Shown here piece by piece: positions 26,868 through 34,151 of a DNA stretch of 34,151 nt. The translations under genes were made by a program, and so were the position numbers. Origin of the DNA: Pseudomonadota bacterium (GTDB taxonomy: Bacteria > Pseudomonadota > Gammaproteobacteria > Ga0077536). The notes under the pieces are model-generated. The model was given only the letters and a program-made list of their open reading frames with translations, made no database searches and had not been told where the DNA came from. Numbering within the stretch: the first letter of the stretch is position 1; each line of letters starts with the position of its first letter. Location of the stretch: NCBI GenBank assembly GCA_039800485.1, contig JBDLQR010000463.1, forward strand, positions 1 to 34,151, written 5' to 3'.

Positions 26868-27230
26868 ATGATTGGTTATGTCACGCTCGGGACGAATGAT
26901 CTGGCCCGCGCCAGCAAGTTCTACGATGCTTTGCTCGCGGACATGGGGGCCAAGCGGGTGATGGAGTCTGACCGTTACACCGTGTGGGCGGCTGGCAACG
27001 GCCCGATGCTGATGGTGTGCAAGCCTTTCGATGGAGGGTCTGCATCCCAGGGCAATGGGGTGATGGTGGCGCTGGCTGCGGGCAGCAAGGAAAAAGTGGA
27101 CGCGCTCTACGCCAAGGCCATCGCGCTCGGTGCCAAGGATGAGGGCGCGGCAGGTCCGCGCGGGGATTCCTTCTACGGCGGTTACTTCCGCGACCCGGAC
27201 GGCAACAAGCTCTGCTTCTTCCACATGTAG
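26868..27230 (+). CDS. VOC family (glyoxalase/bleomycin-resistance fold) protein.
   Basis: 120 aa, from MIGYVTLGTNDLARASKFYDALL to YGGYFRDPDGNKLCFFH, which is typical of small VOC proteins. AAGGGGAG ribosome-binding site. Confidence 0.85.
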   Translation: MIGYVTLGTNDLARASKFYDALLADMGAKRVMESDRYTVWAAGNGPMLMVCKPFDGGSASQGNGVMVALAAGSKEKVDALYAKAIALGAKDEGAAGPRGDSFYGGYFRDPDGNKLCFFHM

Positions 27231-27242
27231 CACCTGGCCCTG

Positions 27243-27298
27243 GGGAGGCTGCCTTGCGGGGAGCCTCCCTCGCCCTTCCAGCCCGCGCCGTGCGCGGG
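27243..27298. terminator. Two GC-rich hairpins between the convergent VOC and ttcA genes (candidate terminators without U-tracts).
   Basis: GGGAGGCT-N11-AGCCTCCC (27243-27269) and CCCGCGC-CGT-GCGCGGG (27282-27298). Neither has a flanking T-run, so function is uncertain. Confidence 0.3.
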
Positions 27299-27311
27299 GT
27301 GGATCAGGTGC

Positions 27312-28202
27312 TCACTCCGACGCCTTGCCCTCGACCAGCCATTGCGCAGCACTCGGACGCGCTTCGTCCCGCGCACCCAGGCCCGCAAAATCGAACATGC
27401 CGGTGTCTGCCAGATGCGAAGGCGTCACGTTCTGCAGGCTGCGGAACACATTCTCCACCCGTCCCGGATTCGCGCGCTCCCAGGCTTCGAGCATCTGCTT
27501 GATCTGTTTGCGCTGAAGATTCTCCTGTGAGCCACACAGGTTGCAGGGGATGATCGGAAACTGGCGGGCCTCTGCGTAGCGCGTGATATCGCTCTCCCGG
27601 CAATAGGCGAGCGGCCGGATGACGATGTTGTCGCCGTCATCGGACAGCAGCTTGGGCGGCATCGCCTTCAATCGCGAGCCGAAGAACATGTTCAGGAACA
27701 GGGTCTCCACGATGTCATCCCGGTGATGACCGAGCGCAATCTTGGTGATGCCATGGTTGCGCGCAAAGGTGTAGAGAATGCCGCGCCGCAGACGGGAGCA
27801 CAGGCCGCAGGTCGTCTTGCCTTCCGGCACCACGCGCTGGACCACACTGTAGGTATCCTGCTCCAGGATATGGAACTCGAGTCCTGTTTCGCGCAGGTAC
27901 GCGGGCAGGATTTCCGGTGGATAGCCGGGCTGCTTCTGATCGAGATGCACCGGGATGAGCTCAAAGCTCACCGGCGCTTTTTTCTGCAGGGCCAGCAGCA
28001 AATCCAGCAGGGTGTAGGAGTCCTTGCCACCGGAGAGGCACACCATCACGCGATCGCCAGCCTCGATCATGTTGTAGTCAGCGATGGCCTTGCCCACCAG
28101 CCGGCGCAAGCGTTGCTGCAGCATGCCGCGCTCGAAGCGTTCCCGCGCAGGACGGGCGGCGCTGGTGGCACCGGGTTTGAAAGTGAGCGGGATGGCTTCC
28201 AT
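27312..28202 (-). CDS. ttcA: tRNA 2-thiocytidine(32) synthetase TtcA.
   Basis: PP-loop motif CLSGGKDS and Cys motifs [10 protein letters not shown] and CNLCGSQ. Collinear with E. coli TtcA ([39 protein letters not shown]). Confidence 0.92.
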   Translation of the reverse strand: MEAIPLTFKPGATSAARPARERFERGMLQQRLRRLVGKAIADYNMIEAGDRVMVCLSGGKDSYTLLDLLLALQKKAPVSFELIPVHLDQKQPGYPPEILPAYLRETGLEFHILEQDTYSVVQRVVPEGKTTCGLCSRLRRGILYTFARNHGITKIALGHHRDDIVETLFLNMFFGSRLKAMPPKLLSDDGDNIVIRPLAYCRESDITRYAEARQFPIIPCNLCGSQENLQRKQIKQMLEAWERANPGRVENVFRSLQNVTPSHLADTGMFDFAGLGARDEARPSAAQWLVEGKASE

Positions 28203-28270
28203 GTGGCAGGGATCCGGGGAACAGGCGCGCTAAGGTACCGCAGCGCGGGCGGTGCATAAAGGCGCCAGGT

Positions 28271-28696
28271 TCAGGGCGCGGGCCGGACTTCGAGCGTTGC
28301 CAGCTCTGCGCGGAGCTGCGCAGCCTTGGCCGCATCGCCACCGAGGAAGCCGGGCGCCTCGTCGTAGAACTGCGCGAGGTCGCGCAACGCCTCCGTATTC
28401 CGGGGATTCAGGGTCACCGCTTTTTCCAGTGCCTTGCGGGTGCGCTTCGCGAGCCGCACGGCTTCAAACCAGCCGGCCTGTTCGGCCTGCCGGCCATAAG
28501 CCTTGCCCAGCCAGTACACATACCGATCGTTGTCGGGTGACGCAGCAACCAAGGGTTCCAGAATCCCTGCGGCGAGAGCGTAGTTCTTCGCCCCGAACGC
28601 GGACACCGCCTGCGCGAAGCGGGCTTCCGGCGCCTCCTCAGCCAGCATCGGCTTGGCGAGAATCAGCGACAGAACCAGCAGCAGGAGGCGCGACAT
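28271..28696 (-). CDS. Small exported TPR-like/helical-repeat protein, unknown function.
   Basis: 141 aa with signal peptide MSRLLLLVLSLILAKPMLA, followed by an Ala/Leu-rich helical repeat sequence (YWLGKAYGRQAE..., ALEKAVTLNPRNTEAL...). It lies 17 nt downstream of the phosphatase gene. Confidence 0.6.
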   Translation of the reverse strand: MSRLLLLVLSLILAKPMLAEEAPEARFAQAVSAFGAKNYALAAGILEPLVAASPDNDRYVYWLGKAYGRQAEQAGWFEAVRLAKRTRKALEKAVTLNPRNTEALRDLAQFYDEAPGFLGGDAAKAAQLRAELATLEVRPAP

Positions 28697-28713
28697 CCGA
28701 CCTTACGTGCAAA

Positions 28714-29490
28714 TCAGTCCAGCAGGACGTCGCGCAGATGTCGGCGCGCTTCGCGATCTGCACCAGCCTCCGACAAATACGCATCGACCGAGCCGAAGGC
28801 CTCCACCATGGAGTGGAGTGCGGCTTCGATATAACGAGGATCGGCTGCCATCACCTGCTCCACAGCGGGCCCGGCTGCCCCGTGCGTGAACAGATCGATG
28901 GGCCGGCGCTGGTAGTTGGAAATCACATAGTCCTGGATGACCCACTCGCGCGGCACATCCAGTGCCAGCAGCACGATAGCCGCCGCGATGCCCGTACGAT
29001 CCTTGCCACTCGCGCAGTGAAAAAGCAGGGGCCGCTGCCCGGGCGCGAGCAGCGCTGAGAGGAAAGCGCGGTATTCCGCACAGTGGTCCAGGGTGAGGTT
29101 GCGGTACTGGTCGATCATGGCCTCTGCCGCATCCTCCGCGCTCATCTCGCCGGCGTTGATCGCGGTGAACATCTCCACATTGCCACGCGGGATGAAGCCC
29201 GGGTTATGCAACGCAAGCGGCAGGCTTTGCGGCAGTCTGTCCGGGGCCCGCGCCCGCTCTCCCTCCGAGCGCAGGTCGACTATCGCGCGCAGTTCCAGCT
29301 CATGCAGCCGCGCGTGATCCGCGGGCGAAAGATGCGCAAGCGTATCCGAACGATACAGCACGCCCGGGCGCGTGCGCCGCCCGTCGGCGGTGGGCAATCC
29401 GCCCATGTCGCGCACATTGCACGCGCCTTCCAGCGGTACATGGCGGTGGGCATGGGTGGCGAGCAGGGTTTCCTTGTCGAGCATGTTCAC
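28714..29490 (-). CDS. Tyrosine-protein-phosphatase-like protein (CX5R active site, Y_phosphatase3-like).
   Basis: Active-site motif HCASGKDRTG and N-terminal NVRDMGG / LYRSD motifs typical of this family. No signal peptide. GTG 29490 overlaps the upstream stop (GTGA). ATG 29484 is the alternative start. Confidence 0.85.
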   Translation of the reverse strand: MNMLDKETLLATHAHRHVPLEGACNVRDMGGLPTADGRRTRPGVLYRSDTLAHLSPADHARLHELELRAIVDLRSEGERARAPDRLPQSLPLALHNPGFIPRGNVEMFTAINAGEMSAEDAAEAMIDQYRNLTLDHCAEYRAFLSALLAPGQRPLLFHCASGKDRTGIAAAIVLLALDVPREWVIQDYVISNYQRRPIDLFTHGAAGPAVEQVMAADPRYIEAALHSMVEAFGSVDAYLSEAGADREARRHLRDVLLD

Positions 29491-30065
29491 AACAGCACGC
29501 GGGTGACGCGGCTCTCTCCCTTGGTGATGAGTCGGACCGCGCCGGCATCAGGTGCGAGCACAGTGGCCGAGCAGTAATCGGGTTCGAAGACCACCAGACG
29601 CTCATGACCTTCCAGCAGACTGATCACGGCGTTGATGACCATGAAGTGGGTAAAGACCACGGTGCCTTCAGGCAAGGCCTGCAGGGCCTGCCAGAGCCGG
29701 TCGCGCCAGGCAATCACGGCGCCATCCAGTTCGCGCCAGTGCGCAACCATGAGGTGCTCCAGCCAGGCAGGTCTGGCTGCAAAATCGGCAGGTCCCGGCA
29801 CCTCCCGGAAAGCCTCATCAACCTCGATCTCGCGCTGCCAGAGGGCAGCCAAGGGCGCCGCAGTCTCGCGGGCGCGTCGCAGGGGACTGCTGCGCACCGT
29901 GAGCGGCGGTACCTCTCGCCAGGCATCAGCCAGCCCACGGGCCTGCCCTGCGCCCGTATCACTCAGGGCAGGATCACTGGCCTCGGTCCAGCGCTGGGCC
30001 GCCTCGGCATGACGAATCAGATGAATCTGGCGGGGTGGGTTCACGATTGGCGCAGTGTAATCCAT
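29487..30065 (-). CDS. Histidine phosphatase family protein (phosphoglycerate-mutase-like superfamily).
   Basis: RH motif (IHLIRHAEA), SSPLRRARETA and a distal His (VFTHFMVINA). 192 aa. The + strand ORF 29604-30665 across this region is an antisense shadow up to 30125. Confidence 0.8.
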   Translation of the reverse strand: MDYTAPIVNPPRQIHLIRHAEAAQRWTEASDPALSDTGAGQARGLADAWREVPPLTVRSSPLRRARETAAPLAALWQREIEVDEAFREVPGPADFAARPAWLEHLMVAHWRELDGAVIAWRDRLWQALQALPEGTVVFTHFMVINAVISLLEGHERLVVFEPDYCSATVLAPDAGAVRLITKGESRVTRVLL

Positions 30066-30125
30066 TGCCTGCCGCAGACGAATTGCCTAGTGTCCGGATT
30101 CATCCCCGGAACAGGCCAGACCACC

Positions 30126-30665
30126 ATGGGCAAACAGAAACAGACCCTGCAGGACCTTCTCGATCGCGAAGCCATCCGTGATTTGCCGCTGCGTTACTGC
30201 GACTGCGTGTGGCGGGACGACATCCCGGCACTGGTCAAGCTCTTCGCACGGGACGGTGAGTTCGTGATCCGCATCGGCGATCAGGAAACTTCAGCCAAGG
30301 GTCATGCCGCGCTGCTGGAGTTCTATGCACAGGGCCTTGGTATTGCGCCACGCCCCTTCATCCATAATCACGTGATCGAATACGCAGGGGGACGTGAGGC
30401 CACCGGTCGCTGTTACCTCGACCTGCGCAGTGGCAAGGAAAACATGCGCTTCATGGGCGCAGGCCATTACGCCGACACCTACGTGAAGGAAAAGGGGGAA
30501 TGGAAATTCCTGCGCCGGCACTTCACGGCCTTGCGCATCGATGAAGACCCCACGGCCAAAACGGCCGGGCCTGCACGAAAACCGCGGGCCAGCGCCGGCA
30601 AGCGTCCTCCCGCGCGGCCAGCCACGCGCAGCGCAAGCAAGGTGCGCAAGAAAGCCTCCTCCTGA
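30126..30665 (+). CDS. SnoaL-like / NTF2-family protein with a C-terminal polybasic tail.
   Basis: Real start ATG 30126 within ORF 29604-30665. LLDREAIRDLPLRYCDCVWRDDIPALVKLFARDGEF is typical of SnoaL_4/NTF2-like domains. The last 36 aa (30555-30662) contain 12 Lys/Arg and no acidic residue. Confidence 0.7.
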   Translation: MGKQKQTLQDLLDREAIRDLPLRYCDCVWRDDIPALVKLFARDGEFVIRIGDQETSAKGHAALLEFYAQGLGIAPRPFIHNHVIEYAGGREATGRCYLDLRSGKENMRFMGAGHYADTYVKEKGEWKFLRRHFTALRIDEDPTAKTAGPARKPRASAGKRPPARPATRSASKVRKKASS

Positions 30666-30718
30666 AGGATTGATCACGCCAGGACGCCGCTGAAGGAGGG
30701 ATCTGCAATACTGCCTGG

Positions 30719-31933
30719 ATGACTTCCAGGCATCCGGGTCTCCATCTTGGCGTGATCGCTCTCACGCTCGCACTGGCCTATGGCATCTGGTACGCCTACA
30801 GCGTTTTCCTTGTTGCGCTGTTGCAGGACTTCGGTTGGAAACGCTCGGTTCTGGCGGGCGCTTTCTCCACCTTCGCGCTCGTACAGGGCGCGCTGAATCC
30901 GCTGCTCGGCGTACTCTGCGATCGGCTCCGTCCCGCAAGCCTCGTCGGCCTGGGCGGGCTGTTGCTGAGCATCGCGCTCTATACGGACAGCCTCATCCGC
31001 GAGCCCTGGCAACTCTATCTCAGCTTCGGTCTGCTCACTGCTGCGGGTGTCGCACTCTGCGGCTGGGTGCCCGCCGTGGTCATGGCGCAGCGTCGTTACG
31101 CGCATCGTCTGGGGCTTGCACTCGGCATCATCAGCGCGGGCGTTGGCGTCGGCATGGTGGTGGTCGTTCCGGTCTGCCAGTGGCTCATCGATCTCCAGGG
31201 CTGGCGCCTCGCGTTTCGCTGGCTGGCCGTAGCGACTTTTCTATGGGTCATACCCGCCGCCTTGTTTCTGTTCCACACCGATGAGCCCCCGCGGCGCCGG
31301 CGCCCTGGCAATGCCGCCGCGGATGCACACGGGCCCACCCTCGCCCAAGCACTGCGCACCCCTGCTTTCTGGCTGCTGCTGCTGGCCTTCTTCTGCGGCA
31401 CCTACTGCTCGCAGACCCTGCACGTGCACCAGGTCGCATTTCTGGTAGACCACGGCATCCCTGCCATGCAGGCGGCGAGCGTGGTAGGTCTGGTGGGTTT
31501 CGCCAGCATTTTCGGCAAAATCGGCGGGGGCTGGTTATCGGACAGGTTCAAGCGTGAGCGCGTGTATTGCGCGTTCGTGGCGGTGCTCGTGCTGAGCGTG
31601 GCCGCGCTCCATCTGGTGGGGATCACTTCCTCTGCGTGGGGCATACCCGCCTATGCAGTGATGCTGGGACTCGGCTATTCAGCTACCGCCGCACTCATGC
31701 CGGCGATGATGAGCGATCGTTTTTCGGGGCCGCACTTCGGCACGCTCGTCGGCCTCGGTTTGCTCGCCAGCGCCACGGGCAGTGCGTCCGGCCCGTGGCT
31801 GGCGGGTTATCTGTTCGACCATCAAGGCACCTATACCGCTGCCCTGGCGGTGGCGATGGTCGTCGGTAGCATCGCCTGCGCCTGTGGCTGGCTGGTGGGA
31901 CGGCCGCAGGCCACTCCACGGGTAGTCAGCTGA
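30719..31933 (+). CDS. MFS transporter.
   Basis: 404 aa with about 12 hydrophobic segments and a central basic loop (HTDEPPRRRRPGN). An MFS-like loop motif (GVLCDRLRP) follows TM2. Confidence 0.85.
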   Translation: MTSRHPGLHLGVIALTLALAYGIWYAYSVFLVALLQDFGWKRSVLAGAFSTFALVQGALNPLLGVLCDRLRPASLVGLGGLLLSIALYTDSLIREPWQLYLSFGLLTAAGVALCGWVPAVVMAQRRYAHRLGLALGIISAGVGVGMVVVVPVCQWLIDLQGWRLAFRWLAVATFLWVIPAALFLFHTDEPPRRRRPGNAAADAHGPTLAQALRTPAFWLLLLAFFCGTYCSQTLHVHQVAFLVDHGIPAMQAASVVGLVGFASIFGKIGGGWLSDRFKRERVYCAFVAVLVLSVAALHLVGITSSAWGIPAYAVMLGLGYSATAALMPAMMSDRFSGPHFGTLVGLGLLASATGSASGPWLAGYLFDHQGTYTAALAVAMVVGSIACACGWLVGRPQATPRVVS

Positions 31934-31969
31934 GCAGGAGGGCTCGCCCCCTGCTCGCCCCGCTCTTCC

Positions 31970-32425
31970 TCAGATCCGATCCAGCGCGATGACCGGAATC
32001 TCGCGATCCGTCTTGGCCTGATAGTCGACGAAGGGAGGGTACATCTTGGCCATCTGTTCCCAGAGACGGGTGCGTTCCTCGCCGCTGGTCAGGCGCGCGC
32101 GGCAATCGTGATGCTCCGCGGCCACCTGGACATGCACCTGCGGGTCCGCCTGCAGGTTGAGGTACCAGCCGGGATGCTTGGGCGCGCCACCCTTGGAACC
32201 GATGATGACAAAACCCTTGTCCGTGGGACCGTAGAGCAGGGGCAGCGTCTGCGGCTCGCCACTCTTGCGTCCCTTGGTCGTCAGCAACAGGGTGGGCAGC
32301 AGGCCCGGGCCGCCGACCGGCGTCGAGTCCCACAGATGGCCGTCTGCGCCGTTGGTTTCCAGATAGCGACGCATGTGGTCTGCCATCCATTTGGGCATGC
32401 TCTCGGGGATTTTCACGTTGCTCAT
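31970..32425 (-). CDS. Nitroreductase-family deazaflavin-dependent oxidoreductase-like protein (DUF385 / F420H2-dependent quinone reductase fold).
   Basis: ORF 31970-32635 trimmed to ATG 32425, which has GGAG upstream. LLLTTKGRKSGEPQTLPLLY...IIGSKGGAPKHPGWYLNLQADPQVHVQV...GEERTRLWEQMAKMYPPFVDYQAKTDREIPVIALD matches this family closely. Confidence 0.75.
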   Translation of the reverse strand: MSNVKIPESMPKWMADHMRRYLETNGADGHLWDSTPVGGPGLLPTLLLTTKGRKSGEPQTLPLLYGPTDKGFVIIGSKGGAPKHPGWYLNLQADPQVHVQVAAEHHDCRARLTSGEERTRLWEQMAKMYPPFVDYQAKTDREIPVIALDRI

Positions 32426-32474
32426 GGGGTGCTGCTCCGGTAGGTGAGGCCGCATTCTGCCCGCAATCTGCGTG

Positions 32475-33194
32475 CTATTCACGCCCTCTGGCGAGCTGTT
32501 GGCGCAAATCTTCCAGCGCCACATGGCGCACGTCCTTGCCCTCCACCAGGAAGATTGCGCTCTCGCAGATGTTGTCGGCATGGTCTCCGATACGCTCGAA
32601 AGCACGTGCCGCGAGCACTGCGTCCAGCACACCACGGATGCTGCGCGGGTCTTCCATCATGTAGGTGATGAGCTGGCGCATGATGGCTTCCAGCTCCTTG
32701 TCCACCTCGGGGTCTTCCTGGGCAACTTCCAGCGCCGCATGGGAATCCATGCGCGCAAAGGCGTCGAGCGCGGCGCGCAGCATGCGCCGCACGTGGTGGC
32801 CCATGGCGAGGATGCCAACGTAGTAGTTGTCCTGTCCGCCACTGGTCGCAATGCGCGCAACGATGCGGGCCACTTTCTTGACCTCGTCGCCTACGCGCTC
32901 GAGGTCGGTGATGATCTTGCTGACCGCGAGCACCAGACGCAGATCGCCCGCTGCAGGCTGGCGCCGCAGCAGGATGGCGGTGCACTCGCCATCGATGTCC
33001 ACCTCCATCTCGTTCACCTTGTAATCGCTGGAGGCGATCCGTTCGGCAAGCTCCATGTCGGTTCGGGCGAGTGCTTCCAGCACCTGGCTGAGGGAGTCCT
33101 CCACCAGCCCTCCCATGGTCATGACCTTGGACCGGATGTCCTCCAGTTCCTTGTCGAACTGCTGGGAAATGTGATGCGTGCGGGACATGACCAT
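32475..33194 (-). CDS. phoU: Phosphate signalling complex protein PhoU.
   Basis: 239 aa. HISQQFDKELEDIRSKVMTMGGLVE is collinear with E. coli PhoU, and the protein has two PhoU repeats. AGGAGG lies 9 nt upstream of ATG 33194. The gene is directly downstream of pstB. Confidence 0.93.
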   Translation of the reverse strand: MVMSRTHHISQQFDKELEDIRSKVMTMGGLVEDSLSQVLEALARTDMELAERIASSDYKVNEMEVDIDGECTAILLRRQPAAGDLRLVLAVSKIITDLERVGDEVKKVARIVARIATSGGQDNYYVGILAMGHHVRRMLRAALDAFARMDSHAALEVAQEDPEVDKELEAIMRQLITYMMEDPRSIRGVLDAVLAARAFERIGDHADNICESAIFLVEGKDVRHVALEDLRQQLARGRE

Positions 33195-33211
33195 GGCGGT
33201 GAACCTCCTGC

Positions 33212-34087
33212 TCAGCCGTAACGGCCGGTGATGTAATCCTCGGTCTGTTTCTGGCGGGGGGTGGTGAAGAGTTTCTTCGTCTCCCCGAACTCGATCAGAT
33301 CTCCCATGTACATGAAAGCCGTGTAATCGGAAACCCGCGCTGCCTGCTGCATGTTATGGGTCACGATGACGATGGTGTAGTTCTGCTTGAGCTCATAGAC
33401 GAGCTCCTCGATCTTGAGCGTCGAGATGGGGTCGAGCGCGGACGCCGGTTCGTCCAGCAACAGCACCTCGGGCTCGATGGCAATGGCCCGGGCAATCACC
33501 AGACGTTGCTGCTGGCCGCCCGACAGGCCCAGTGCACTGTCGTGCACGCGATCCCGGACCTCGTCCCACAGCGCCGCGGCCTTGAGCGAATTCTCCACCG
33601 CCTTGTCGAGCACCCGGCGACTGTTCACGCCCTGGATGCGCAACCCGTAGGCGACGTTCTCGTAAATAGACTTGGGAAACGGGTTGGGCTTCTGGAACAC
33701 CATGCCTACCCGGCGTCGCAGATTGGCCACGTTCACCCTGGGGTCGAAGATGTCATTCCCGTAGAGCTTGATGCTGCCGTCGATGCGCACATTGGAAATC
33801 AGCTCGTTCATCCGGTTGAAGCATCGCAGCAGGGTGGACTTGCCACAGCCACTCGGCCCGATGAAGGCTGTGACGCGTTTCTCCGGGATTGCCATGCTCA
33901 CGCTGTTGAGCGCGCGCTTGTCACCGTAGTAGAGCGACAGACCCTCTACCCGCAGGCACTCCCTGTCCGGCTGTGTGGCGTGCTCCTCGTGATGCACATG
34001 CGCGGAACGGAAATCCACGCCATGCGTGAGGGTGGCCGGATGGCTGGCATCATGCAGAGGGCTCACGTTGTCAGTTGTCTGCGGCAT
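33212..34087 (-). CDS. pstB: Phosphate ABC transporter ATP-binding protein PstB.
   Basis: Walker [10 protein letters not shown], signature LSGGQQQRL, Walker B LLLDEP and a PstB-typical C-terminus ([10 protein letters not shown]). It carries a His-rich N-terminal extension of about 33 aa. Confidence 0.95.
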   Translation of the reverse strand: MPQTTDNVSPLHDASHPATLTHGVDFRSAHVHHEEHATQPDRECLRVEGLSLYYGDKRALNSVSMAIPEKRVTAFIGPSGCGKSTLLRCFNRMNELISNVRIDGSIKLYGNDIFDPRVNVANLRRRVGMVFQKPNPFPKSIYENVAYGLRIQGVNSRRVLDKAVENSLKAAALWDEVRDRVHDSALGLSGGQQQRLVIARAIAIEPEVLLLDEPASALDPISTLKIEELVYELKQNYTIVIVTHNMQQAARVSDYTAFMYMGDLIEFGETKKLFTTPRQKQTEDYITGRYG

Positions 34088-34151
34088 GGTATTTCTCGCG
34101 CAGGCGATTGCGGATCTGAATCGCCGCCAGGTTGAGGGAGACGATGATGAG
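34071..34151 (-). CDS. pstA: 3' end (26 codons plus stop) of the upstream gene, probably phosphate ABC transporter permease PstA.
   Basis: The minus-strand frame open from the window edge reads [26 protein letters not shown] with TGA at 34073-34071, overlapping the pstB start by 17 nt. The hydrophobic-then-basic C-terminus and pstA-pstB-phoU synteny support the call. The fragment is too short for direct proof. Confidence 0.5.
   Translation of the reverse strand, partial: LIIVSLNLAAIQIRNRLREKYHAADN

Noticed and set aside
1-34151. Search for CRISPR arrays, tandem or interspersed repeats, IS elements, integrases, toxin-antitoxin or defence genes, and rRNA/tRNA genes.
   Set aside because: By eye I found none: no repeat-spacer periodicity, no transposase, integrase or phage-like ORFs, and no gap with tRNA or rRNA features. 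This inspection cannot exclude short or degenerate repeats. A self dot-plot and tRNAscan/Infernal run would settle it.

Overview
This is a GC-rich (roughly 65%) chromosomal segment with gammaproteobacteria-like core-genome organisation. It is densely packed with about 33 protein genes. I recognised no rRNA, tRNA, CRISPR array, transposase, integrase or phage gene.

Gene order, left to right:
- The truncated 5' end of a lipoprotein-like gene (minus strand), followed by a 555-nt structured non-coding spacer.
- A 745-aa exported protein with a DUF11-type domain, and a small membrane protein.
- A BepA-like M48/TPR protease.
- A PPi module: PPi-dependent phosphofructokinase (pfp) plus a K+-independent H+-pyrophosphatase (hppA) with a clean intrinsic terminator.
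- An M24 aminopeptidase P family protein, divergent from a TPR-SAM methyltransferase fusion.
- A tightly coupled minus-strand housekeeping string: leuS-lptE-holA-proA-nadD-rsfS-rlmH-maf.
- A ComEA-like helix-hairpin-helix protein.
- phoB-phoR, preceded by a canonical Pho box.
- A small exported hypothetical protein, a family III CoA-transferase and a DUF4399 protein.
- rep helicase, a VOC/glyoxalase-fold protein and ttcA.
- A small exported TPR-like protein, a CX5R tyrosine-phosphatase-like protein and a histidine-phosphatase-family protein, all co-directional.
- A SnoaL-like protein with a polybasic tail, plus an MFS transporter.
- A deazaflavin-dependent-nitroreductase-family gene.
- phoU-pstB and the 3' end of pstA.

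Most long ORF-track entries opposite these genes are GC-rich antisense shadows. Several listed ORFs carry spurious N-terminal extensions, which I trimmed.

I do not see a convincing new multi-gene system such as a defence, secretion or mobile element. The window looks mostly ordinary. The points worth a second look are:
- the structured 555-nt spacer;
- the orphan exported protein with a CRP-like operator;
- the dual-phosphatase/TPR/ttcA string;
- the SnoaL-polybasic-tail/MFS pair;
- a second copy of the phoB-promoter motif at 3.58 kb;
- the phosphate/pyrophosphate theme of the neighbourhood.

All family assignments come from motif recognition by eye, not from database searches.
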